In this document: positions 1 to 12,900 of the stretch, piece by piece
Numbering within the stretch: the first letter of the stretch is position 1
Layout of the letters: each line of letters starts with the position of its first letter
Assembly: GCA_053919585.1 (NCBI GenBank)
Contig: CM132787.1
Length of the DNA: 64,000 nucleotides
Direction: 5' to 3' (one strand)
Origin: Euprymna scolopes
Taxonomy: Eukaryota
Notes under the pieces: generated by a model
What the model saw: only the letters and a program-made list of their open reading frames with translations
Told to the model about the DNA's origin: nothing
Databases searched by the model: none
Program-made: the position numbers and the translations under genes

Positions 1-3000
1 CAGCTTGTAACTTAATCAATAATGGTCGATCTATTGAAATGATTCTTCCGCTTGTATCTTAATAAATCATTGTTGATATATAAAAATTATTCTTCAGCTT
101 GTAACTTGATCAATAATGGTCGATTTATTGAAATGATTCTTCGGTGTGTAACTTCATCAATAATGGTCGATCTATTGAAATTACACTTCAGTTTGTAACT
201 TCATCAATAACGGTCGATCTATTGAAATGACTCTTCAGTTAGTAACTTTATCAATAATGGTCGATCTATTGAAATAGTTCTTCAGTTTTTAACTTCATCA
301 ATAATGGTCGATCTATTGATATGATTCTTCAGCGTGTAACTTCATCAATAATGGTTGATCTATTGAAATGACTCTTCGGTTTGCAACTTCATCAATAATG
401 GTTGATCTATTGAAATGACTCTTCGGTTTGTAACTTCATCAATAATAGTCGATCTATTGAAATGACCCTTCAGTTTGTAACTTCATCAAAAATGGTCGAT
501 CTATTGAAATGACTCTTCAGTTTGTAACTTCATCAATAATGGTCGATCTATTGAAATGACCCATCGGTTTGTAACTTAATCAATATTGGTCGATATATGT
601 AAATGTCACTTTAGTAAGTGACTTTATCAATAATGGTCGATCTATTGAAATGACTCTTCAGTTTGTAAATTCATCAATAATGGTCGATCTATTGAAATGA
701 CTCTTCAGTTTGTAAGTTCATCAATAATGGTCGATCTATTTAAATGACTCTTCAGTTTGTAACTTCATCAATAATGGTCGATCTATTGAAATGAGTCTTC
801 AGTTTGTAACTTAATCAATAAGGGTCGATCTATTGAAATGACTCTTAAGTTTGTAACTTCATCAATAATGGTCGATCTATTGAAATTACCCATCGGTTTG
901 TAACTTAATCAATAATAGTCGATCTATCGAAATGACACTTCAGTTTGCAACTTCATTAATAATGGTCGATCTATTGATATGACTCTTCAGTTTCTAACTT
1001 ACATCAATAATGGTCCATCTATTCATATGATTCTTCAGGTTGCAACTTCATCAATAACGGTCGATCTATTGAAATGACTCTTCAGTTTGTAACTTCATCA
1101 ATAATGGTCGATCTATTGAAATGACTCTTCAGTTTGCCACTTCATCAATAATGATCTATCTATTGAAATGATTCTTCAGTTTGCAACTCCATCAATAACG
1201 GTCGATCTATTGAAATGACTCTTCAGTTTGTAACTTCATCAATAATGGTCGATCTATTGAAATGACTCTTCCGTTGGCAACTTCATCAATAATGGTCGAT
1301 CTATTAGAATGACTCTTCAGTTTGCAACTTCATCAATAATGGTCGATCTATTGAAATGACTCTTCAGTTTGCAACCTTATCAATAATGGTCGATCTATTG
1401 AAATGACTCTTCAGTTTGCAACTTCATCAATTATGGTGGATCTATTGAAATGACTCTTCGGTTTGCTACTTCATCAATAATGGTCGATCTATTAAAATTA
1501 CTCTTCAGTTTACAACTTCATCAATAATGGTCGATCTATTGAATTACTCTTCGGTATGCAACTTCATCAATAATGGTCGATCTATTGAAATGACTCTTCA
1601 GTTTGCAACTTCATCAATAATGGTCGATCTATTGCAATGACTCTTCAGTTAGCAACTTCATCAATAATGGTCGATCTATTGAAATGACTCTTCGGTTTGC
1701 AACTTCATCAATAATGGTCGATCTATTGAAATGACTATTCAGTTTGTAACTTCATCAATAATGGTCGATCTATTGAAATGACTCTTCAGTTTGTAACTTA
1801 ATCAAAAATGGTCGATCTATTAAAATGACTCTTCAGTTTTTAACTTCATCAATAATGGTCGATCTATTGAAATGACCCATCGGTTTGTAACTTAATCAAT
1901 AATAGTCGATATATTGAAATGACACTTCAGTAAGAAACTTTATAAATAATGGTCGATCTATTGAAATGACTCTTCAGTTTGTAACTTTATCAATAATGGT
2001 CTGTCTATTGAAATAACTCTTCGCTTTGTAACTTCATCAATAATGGTCGATCTATTTAAATGAACCTTCAGTTTGTAACTTCATCAATAATGGTCGATCT
2101 ATTGAAATGACCCTTCGGTTTGTAACTTAACCAAGAATGGTCGGTCTATTGAAACGACTCTTCGCTTTGTAACTTCATCAATAATTGTCGATCTATTGAA
2201 ATGACTCTTCAGTTTGTAACTTCATCAATAATGGTCGATCTATTGAAATGATTCTTAAGTTTGTAACTTCATCAATAATGGTCGATTTATTGAAATGACT
2301 ATTCAGCTTGTAACTTCATCAATAATTGTCGATCTATTGAAATGACTCTTCAGTTTGCAACTTCATCAATAACAGTCGATCTATTGAAATGATTCTTCGG
2401 TGTGTACATTCATCAATAACGGTCGATCTATTGAAATGACCCTCAAGTTTGCAACATAATCTATAATGGTCGATGTACTGAAATGAGTCTCCATTTTGTT
2501 ACTTGATCAATAATGGTCGATCTATTTAAATTATTCTTCAGCTTGTAACTTAATCAATAATGGTCAATCTATTGAAATGACTCTTCAGTTAGCAACTTCA
2601 TCAATAACAGTCGATCTATTAAAATGATTCTTCAGCTTGTAACTTAATCAATACTGGTGTATCTATTGAAATGATTCTTCAGCGTGTAACTTAATCAATA
2701 ATGGTCGATCTATTGAAATGATTCTTCAGTTTGTAAATTAATTTATAATGGTCGATCTATTGAAATAATTCTGCAGCTTGTAACTTAATCAATAATGGTC
2801 GATCTATTGAAATGGTTCTTCAGCTTGCAACCTTACCAATAACGGTCGATCTATTGAAATGATACTTCAGCTTGTAACTTAATAAATAATGGTCGATCTA
2901 ATGAAATGATTGTTCAGGTTGTAACTTAATCAATAATGGTCGATCTATTGAAATGAGTCTTCAGTTTGTAACTTAACGTATAATGGTCGATCTATGTAAT

Positions 3001-6000
3001 GATTCTTCGGTGTGTAACTTAATCAACAATGGTCGATCTATTGAAATGACTCTTCAGTTTGCAACTTAATCAATACCGGTCGATCTATTGAAATGATTCT
3101 TCAGTTTGTAACTTCATCAATAATGGTCGATCGATAGAAATGACTCTTCAGTTTGAAACTTCATCAATAACGGTCGATCTATTGCGATGATACTTCAGCT
3201 TGTAACTTGATCAATAATGGTCGATCTATTGAAATGATTTTTCGGTTTGTAACTAAATCAATAGGTGTCGATCTATTGAAATGACTCTTCAGTTTGCACC
3301 CTCATCAATAACGGTCGATCTATTGAAATGATTCTTAAGTTTGTAACTTCATCAATAATGGTCGATTTATTGAAATGACTATTCAGCTTGTAACTTCATC
3401 AATAATTGTCGATCTATTGAAATGACTCTTCAGTTTGCAACTTCATCAATAATGGTCGATCTATTGAAATGACTCTTCAGTTTGAAACTTCATCAATAAC
3501 GGTCGATCTATTGCGATGATACTTCAGCTTGTAACTTCATCAATAATGGTCGATCTATTGAAATGATTTTTCGGTTTGTAACTAAATCAATACCGGTCGA
3601 TCTATTGAAATGACTCTTCAGTTTGCACCCTCATCAATAACGGTCGATCTATTGAAATGATTCTTAAGTTTGTAACTTCATCAATAATGGTCGATTTATT
3701 GAAATGACTATTCAGCTTGTAACTTCATCAATAATTGTCGATCTATTGAAATGACTCTTCAGTTTGCAACTTCATCAATAACGGTCGATCTATTGAAATG
3801 ATTCTTCGGTTTGTACATTCATCAATAATGGTCGATCTATTGAAATGATTCTTTGGTTTGTAACTTCATCAATAATGGTCGATCTATTGAAATGACACGT
3901 CGGTTTGTTAGTGCATCAATAATGGTCGATCTATTGAAATGATTCTTCAGTTTGCAACTTTATCAATAACGGTCGATCTATTGAAATGACCCTTCAGTGT
4001 GCAACATCATCTATAAGTTTCGATCTATTAAAATAAGTCTTCATTTTGTAACTTAATCAATAATGGTCGATCTATTGAAATGATTCTGTCAGCTTGTAAC
4101 TTAATCAATAATGGTCGATCTATTGAAATGACCCATCGGTTTGTAACTTAATCAATAATAGTCAATATATGTAAATGTCACTTTAGTAAGTGACTTTATC
4201 AATAATGGTCGATCTATTGAAATGACTCTTCAGTTTGTAAATTCATCAATAATGGTCGATCTATTGAAATGACTCTTCAGTTTGTAAGTTCATCAATAAT
4301 GGTCGATCTATTTAAATGACTCTTCAGTTTGTAACTTCATTAATAATGGTCGATCTATTGAAATGAGTCTTCAGTTTGTAACTTAATCAATAAGGGTCGA
4401 TCTATTGAAATGACTCTTCAGTTTGTAACTTCATCAATAATGGTCGATCTATTGAAATTACCCATCGGTTTGTAACTTAATCAATAATAGTCGATCTATC
4501 GAAATGACACTTCAGTTTGCAACTTCATTAATAATGGTCGATCTATTGATATGACTCTTCAGTTTGTAACTTCATCAATAATGGTCCATCTATTGAAATT
4601 ATTCTTCAGGTTGCAACTTAATCAATAATGGTCGATCTATTGAAATGACTCTTCAGTTTGTAACTTCATCAATAATGGTCGATCTATTGAAATTACTCTT
4701 CAGTTTGCAACTTCATAAATAATGGTCGATCTATTGAAATGATTCTTCAGTTTGCAACTCCATCAATAACGGTCGATCTATTGAAATGACTCTTCAGTTT
4801 GTAACTTCATCAATAATGGTCGATCTATTGAAATGACTCTTCCGTTGGCAACTTCATCAATAATGTTCGATCTATGGAAATGACTCTTCAGTTTGCAACT
4901 TCATCAATAATGGTCGATCTATTGAAATGACTCTTCAGTTTGCAACCTTATCAATAATGGTCGATCTATTGAAATGACTCTTCAGTTTGCAACTTCATCA
5001 ATTATGGTGGATCTATTGAAATGACTCTTCGGTTTGCAACTTCATCAATAATGGTCGATCTATTGAAATTATTCTTCAGTTTACAACTTCATCAATAATG
5101 GTCGATCTATTGAATTACTCTTCGGTATGCAACTTCATCAATAATGGTCGATCTATTGAAATGACTCTTCAGTTTTTAACTTCATCAATAATGGTCGATC
5201 TATTGAAATGACCCATCGGTTTGTAACTTAATCAATAATAGTCGATATATTGAAATGACACTTCAGTAAGAAACTTTATAAATAATGGTCGATCTATTGA
5301 AATGACTCTTCAGTTTGTAACTTTATCAATAATGGTCGGTCTATTGAAATAACTCTTCGCTTTGTAACTTCATCAATAATGGTCGATCTATTTAAATGAC
5401 CCTTCAGTTTGTAACTTCATCAATAATTGTCGATCTATTGAAATGACCCTTCGGTTTGTAACTTAACCAAGAATGGTCGGTCTATTGAAACGACTCTTCG
5501 CTTTGTAACTTCATCAATAATTGTCGATCTATTGAAATGACTCTTCAGTTTGTAACTTCATCAATAATGGTCGATCTATTGAAATTACTCTTCAGTTTGT
5601 AACTTCATCAATAATGGTCTATCTATTTAAATGACTCTTCAGTTTGTAACTTCATCAATAATGGTCGATCTATTGAAATGACCCTTCGGTGTGTAACTTC
5701 ATCAATAACGGTCGATCTATTGAAAAATCTCTTTTCCTTGTGACTTCATCAATAATGGTCGATCTATTGAAATGATTCTTCGGTTAGTAACTTCATCAAT
5801 AATGGTCGATCTATTGAAATGACTCTTCGGTTTGTAACTTCATCAATAATGGTCGATTTATTGAAATGATTCTTTAGCTTGTAACGTAATCAGTAATGGT
5901 CGATCTATTTAAATGACTCTTCAGTTTGTAACTTCATCAATAACGGTCGATCTATTGAAATGACTGTTAAGTTTGTAACTTGATCAATAATGGTCGATCT

Positions 6001-9000
6001 ATTGAAATGATTCGTCGGTTTGTAACTTCATCAATAAGTGTAGATCTATTGAAATTACTCTTCGGTTTGTAACTTCATCAATAATATTCGATCTATTGAA
6101 ATGACCCTTCAGTTAGTAACTTTATCAATAATGGTCGATCTATTGAAATAGTTCTTAAGTTTTTGACTTCATCAAAACGGTCGATCTATTAATATGATTC
6201 TTCAGCGTGTAACTTCATCAATAATGGTCGATCTCTTGAAATAACTCTTCAGTTTGTAACTTCATCAATAACGGTCGATCTATTGAAATGATTCTTCAGG
6301 TTGCAACTTCATCAATAATGGTCGATCTATTAAAATGACTCTTCAGTTCGTAACTTCATCAATTATGGTCGATCTATTGAAATGACTCTTCAGTTTACAA
6401 CTTCATCAATAATGGTCGATCTGTTGAAATGATTCTTCAGTTTGCAACTTCATCAATAATGGTCGATCTATTGAAATAGCTCTTCAGTTTGCAACTTTAT
6501 CAATAATGGTCGATCTATTGAAATTACTCTTCGGTTTGCAACTTCATCAATAAGGGTCGATCTATTGAAATTACTCTTCAGTTTGCAACTTCATCAATAA
6601 TGGTCGATCTATTGAAATCACTCTTCGGTATGCAACTTCATCAATAATGGTCGATCTATTGAAATGACTCTTTAGTTTGCAACTGCATCAATAATGGTCG
6701 ATCTTTTTAAATGACTCTTCGGTTTGCAACTTCATCAATAATGGTCGATCTATTTAAATTACTCTTCGGTTTGCAACATCATCAATAATGGTCGATCTAT
6801 TGAAACGACTATTCAGTTTGTAACTTCATAAATAACGGTCGATCTATTGAAATGACGCTTCAGTTTGAAACTTCATCAATAAGGGTCGATCTATTGAAAT
6901 GACTCTTCGGTTTGCAACTTCATCAATAAGGGTCGATCTATTGAAATGACTCTTCGGTTTGCAACTTCTTCAATAATGGTCGATCTATTGAAATTACTCT
7001 TCAGTTTGAAACTTCATCAATAATGGTCGATCTATTGAAATCACTTTTCGGTATGCAACTTCATCAATAATGGTCGATCTATTGAAATGACTCTTTAGTT
7101 TGCAACTGCATCAATAATGGTCGATCTATTGAAATGACTCTTCAGTTTGCAACTTCATCAATAATGGTCGATCTATTGAAATTACTCTTCGGTTTGCAAC
7201 ATCATCAATAATGGCTGATCTATTGAAACGACTATTCAGTTTGTAACTTCATAAATAACGGTCGATCTATTGAAATTACTGTTCAGTTTGCAACTTCATC
7301 AATAACGGTCGATCTATTGAAATTACTCTTCAGCTTGTAACTTCATCAATAATGTTCGATCAATTGAAATTACTCTTCAGTATGCAACTTCATCAATAAT
7401 GGTCGATCTATTGAAATAACTCTTCAGTTTGTAACTTCATCAATAATGGTCGATCTATTGAAATGACTCTTCAGTTTGTAACTTCATCAAAAATTGTCGA
7501 TCTATTGAAATGACTCTTCAGTTTGTAACTTCATCAATAATGGTCGATCTATTTAAATGACCCATCGGTTTGTAACTTAATCAATAATAGTCGATATATT
7601 GTAATGACACTTCAGTAAGTAACTTTATCAATAATGGTCGATCTATTGAAATGACTCTTCAGTTTGTAACTTCATCAATAATAGTCGATCTATTTAAATA
7701 ACTCTTCGCTTTGTAACTTCATCAATAATGGTCGATCTATTTAAATGACCCTTCAGTTTGTAACTTCATCAATAATGGTCGATCTATTTAAATGCCCCTT
7801 CGGTTTTAAACTTAATCAATAATGGTCAGTCTATCGAAATGATTCTTCGCTTTGTAACTTCATCAATAATGGTCGATCTATTGAAATGACTACTCGGTTT
7901 GTAACTTCATCAATAACGGTCGATCTATTGAAATGACTCTTCAGTTTGCAACTTCATCAATAACGGTCGATCTATTGAAATGACTCTTCAGTTCGTAACT
8001 TCATCAATAGTAGTCGATCTATTGAAATGAGTCTTCAGTTTGTAACTTCATCAAATAGGGTCGATCTATTGAAATGACCCTTCGGTTTGTAACTTCATCA
8101 ATAATGGTCGATCTATTGAAATAACTCTTCGCTTTGTAACTTCATCAATAATGGTCGATCTACTGAAATGACTCTTCGGTTTGTAACTTCATAAATAATA
8201 GTCGATCTATTGAAATTACTCTTCAGTTTGTAACTTAATCAATAATGGTCGATCTATTGAAATGACTCTTCAGTTTCTAATTTCATCAATAATAGTCGAT
8301 CTATTGAAATGACTCTTCAGTTTGCAACTTCATCAATAACGGTCTATCTATTGAAAGTACTCTTCAGTTTGTAACTTCATAAATCATGGTCGATCTATTG
8401 AAATTACTCTTTGGTTTGTAACTTCGTCAATAATGGTCGATCTATCGAAATGACTCTTCAGTTTGTAACTTCATCAATAATAGTCGATCTATTGATATGA
8501 CTCTTCAGTTTGCAATTTCATCAATAATGGTCGATCTATTGAAATGACTCTTCAGTTTGTAACTTCATCAATAATGGTCGATCTATTGAAATGACTCTTC
8601 GATTTGTAACTTTATCAATAACTGTCGATCTGTTTAAATGACTCTTCGGTTTGTAACTTCATCAATAATAGTCCATCTATTGAAATGACTCTTCAGTTTG
8701 CAACTTCATCAATAATGGTCGATCTATATAAATGACTCTTCAGTTTGTAACTTCATCAATAATGGTCGATCTATTGAAATGACTCTTCGGTTTGTAACTT
8801 CATTAATAATGGTCGATCTACTGAAATGATTCTTCGGTTTGTAACTTCATCAATAATAGTCGATCTATTGAAATGACTCTTCAGTTTGTAACTTCATCAA
8901 TAATGGTCTATCTATTGAAATGACTCTTCGGTTTGTAACTTGATCAATAACGGTCGATCTATTGAAATGACTCTTCAGTTTGCAACTTCATCAATAATGG

Positions 9001-9767
9001 TCGATATATTGAAATGATTCTTTAGTTTATAACTTCATCAATAATGGTCAATCTACTGAAATTACTCTTCAGTTTGCAACATCTTCAATAATGGTCGATC
9101 TACTGAAAGTACTCTTCGGTTTGTAACTTCATCAATAACGGTCGATCTATTGGAATTATTCTTTAGTTTATAACTTCATTAATAACGGTCGATCTAATTA
9201 AATTACTCTTCAGTTTGTAACTTGATCAATAATGTCGATCTATTGAAATGACTCTTCAGTTTGCAACTTCTTCAATTATGGTCGATCTATTGAAATGACT
9301 CTGCGGTGTGTAACTTCATCAATAACAGTCGATCTATTGGAATTATTCTTTAGTTTATAACTTCATTTATAATGGTCGATCTAATTAAATTACTCTTCAG
9401 TTTGTAACTTCATCAATAACGGTCGATCTATTGAAATTACTCTTCAGTTTGCAACTTCTTCAATAATGGTCGATCTATTGAAATTATTCTTTAGTTGATA
9501 ACTTCATAAATAACGGTCGATCTATTGAAATTACTCTTCAGTTTGCAACTTCATCAATAACGGTCGATCTATTGAAATGACTCTTCGGGTTGTAACTCCA
9601 TAAATAATGGTCGATCTAATGAAATGACTCTTCATTTTGTAACTTCATCAATAATGGTCGATATATTGAAAGTTCTCTTCAGTTTGTAACTTCATCAATA
9701 ACGGTCGATCTATTGAAATGATTCTTCAGTTTGTAACTTCATCAATAATGGTCGATCTATTTAAATG
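1..9767. repeat. 47-bp tandem satellite, about 208 monomers; consensus CTTCAGTTTG(T/C)AACTTCATCAATAATGGTCGATCTATTGAAATGACT
   Basis: The GGTCGAT motif or its variant recurs at 24, 71, 118 and onward (period 47) up to about 9767. The array runs off the window start, and no ORF of 60 aa or more lies in it. Confidence 0.98.
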
Positions 9768-9935
9768 GTCTATGAAAATGACTATTTAACCCGATAACAA
9801 GCTTTTTATTCGAAAAGCAGTTAACAACTACATAGGTTTACTTATATTGCTCCTAACGTTTTATCTCGACTTGTCTTTACTCACATTTTGAGTTGAAATT
9901 TAAATGAATGCCACTTTAAACATAGTACTATCCGA

Positions 9936-12900
9936 ATGAATATTTTCGCCATTACAATTGTTGCGTGTCGACGGCTACTTTAGCTTAGATTTCGGTAAGT
10001 ATCAATATTGTACATACAATTCAATTAAATTTGATTTTCGCTTAATATTTAACTTGGTCTTTTGGCTGGAAATTGTGAAATTTTAAGAAAATCAAACATT
10101 GGATCAATTATTTCTTTTTCTTTTTTAGTGTAAAGATCTTAATCCATTTTTTCAGGAAAAGTCTATTCTTAGTGAGTCGCCTTTTGGACAGAGTGCCATT
10201 ACGACAAGTGTAATAAAAATAGGAAAACTCATGTTAGATTTTTAAGAATGTACATCATGATCGCCCTTAATATAAACGGAGACGGGCTTGTCTATCATCA
10301 GTATTTTTTGTTGTTGTTATTTATCTCACTGTTCAATTTGATGTCATAGTTATCCTCTCGTCTGTAATTCCTATTAAGGAGAGCATATTTCAAATGCAAT
10401 GGCAAAAAGATCGAAATAATTCTAGCAATACATGTAATTTCCAGCCGAATCTCCTCTCTTTTTCTTGATATATTTCAATGTCGTACGATATGTTTTTGTT
10501 TTTCTTAGAAATTGGTGGCTCCTGAAGTGAGTTGTGCTTTATTTCTATCTACATCTTATATTTTCTTCTTCTAATGAGCAAACAATGTTCCGGCCAAATG
10601 TTTTTTTACTGCAGAAAAATAAAGCTTACTCCTACGTAACTTTATGCGCATTTGTTTTATTAATCAACAAACATACATACTTGGATCCACAATGTCAATT
10701 CTGATGATCAATGATGTTACAAAATGAAAAGAAAAACGTTTCCGGGGAAATTCCTGACCATAACATATGTACACGTTTTCCTTTATTATTCTTTTATCAG
10801 AAAATAATCTTGGCGTTGCCTTCATATTTAGATGCTAGCATACATAGACCACATGTATTACCAGATGTAGATAAAATGAAAAATCGCATATCTCAATTGT
10901 CTGCAATAGAAAAGGGTTCTGTCGGTCGTAGAACCAAAATATCGTAATCCTGACTTTATAACCGTTTCAGCTGTTCCTGAAACTATAAAGTCGATCAGGT
11001 TTAAGTACATTTATGGAGCTTTGTTAGCATAATGTGAATGAATTCAGTAGTTTAGTACCCGTTCGATGTATAATGAGTGAGCATTGATATTAGTCATCAC
11101 AATACCACCTCTACTCTTACGTTTTCTCGAATCTACTTAGCCAATATGGCTGAATTTACATGCACCAATATAATAAAGGACAGGATACTACATATTCACA
11201 TCAATCGATTAATGTGAATTAAGATTTCATGCAAAATTAAAAAATATTTTACTGTATTCAACCATCAATTGGCATAATGCACTCTTCTATGAGAATTATT
11301 TCAAACTGTTACTCATTTTAAATGGATTACTAAGTCTGCTAAGTAAGATTTTCTCATTACAAGTCAGAGTTGATAGCTCGCCAATGCTGCGGGTGACTTT
11401 GGCTCAAAGTTTGGTTGAGTTATACCAAAGTTAAAAACAAACATGTTTCTGATGTGTTGTGAACGCTAAAAAACTTTAGCAACCAACGTGTACTTTTAAA
11501 GTCCAAATAAATATGTGAAATGTTTACATGAATGTTGGCCATCAAAAGATAAAAGCCTTCGAGTCCTTACCTTTACAATCGATTCATTTTTTTTCTTTTA
11601 CTATACAATTAAAACCTAATATATACGTGTGAGAAGCTGTTTAATGTAAGATATGGTTAGATTTAGCAAATAGTTCATGAAATGAAGCTTATTAAGTAAG
11701 TTTTTGAAATTCGAGAACGGGTCATTTATTGGTCTAAATATATGCAATAAAAGCATCATTTTAATTGGTTGGAATTTAATGCAAGTACTATGTGATCTTT
11801 ATATAAATAACCTGAACTAATTTTCCCCGTCTGACTTTGAGCTTAATAGGATTAAGAATCTAGAGATTTTATGCAGATGTACTATGCAAAAACTGCATCA
11901 CAATATCTGAGGTGTGTTATAGAGATTAGCTATCCACTAACTCGCAGATCGGAGATTCTTATATTATATCTGGTGAGAGTTCACTGCCAAAACCGGTTAC
12001 GATCAAAAGATGTAGTAAAGTCATCACTCTCTAAAAAAATTATATTTCCACAGCCACTCATTTACACCGTCCGTGACCAATCACAGGAAACAAATAAGGA
12101 CGAACTCTGGTTCAGGTTTTCATAAAAACTCGACTGAAATTTAGGTGAAACGCACCACACTTACATTTTCATTGGTTAAAAATAAAAATAAACACAAACC
12201 AACAAAACTTTGCATTTTCGTACAGTGCATTAACACTTATGAACATTCAATTCCGTTTTTTTAGCATTCTTCGGCAATTACAACATCGTTTTCTTTGCTT
12301 TTGGGGGGATCCATGTATCTTCCCTCTGTTTTTCGTTTTCCCAATCTTTCCCTTTCTCAAATATATTTTTCCCCTCTTCCCCCGTTTCCTCATTTTGCTT
12401 ATTCATTTCTTCTCTCTATCCGTTTTTCCTCTTCCTTCGGAAATTTTAACATCGTTTCTTTCTTAGTAATACATCCGGATTTTTTAGCACTAAAGAAATA
12501 AATTACATGGATTCATTCCTTCTTTTTCCGTTTATTTGCACTTTGTTCGCTGTCTTTCCAATCGCTTTTATTTTATTTTCTCTTTTTAAAAAAGAACATA
12601 TCATACATCGTTTCCGTTGCATTTTGCTTTGTTTGATGCCTATTTCCCGATTTTAATCGTTTATTTATTTTTTAATTTATTTCCTATTTTTTTACGTTTT
12701 CCCTTAGAGGCGGCACTAGGACCCCATTTTTTTTTTCATTCTTCTTCCTTTTTTTTTCTTCGTTTTTGGAGTTTTACACACCCGTCTCACGTCGTATATA
12801 ACAAAATATTTGCGGGGATGGTGATTTTTCCATTACACCAATTCGAGCCACATCAACGCGTGCCAGGGTACAGCTAGTTATAAAATAAATGGTAAAATAT

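Noticed and set aside
1-9767. CRISPR array (palindromic repeat plus variable segment)
   Set aside because: The variable half is the same ~20-nt sequence with point changes, not unique spacers. There are no cas genes and the context is eukaryotic.
1-9767. Repetitive protein-coding exon
   Set aside because: The period 47 is not a multiple of 3, stops are frequent, and the track shows no ORF here.
12239-12877. Phe-rich ORFs as membrane proteins
   Set aside because: They derive from the T-rich interior of a non-autonomous Helitron.
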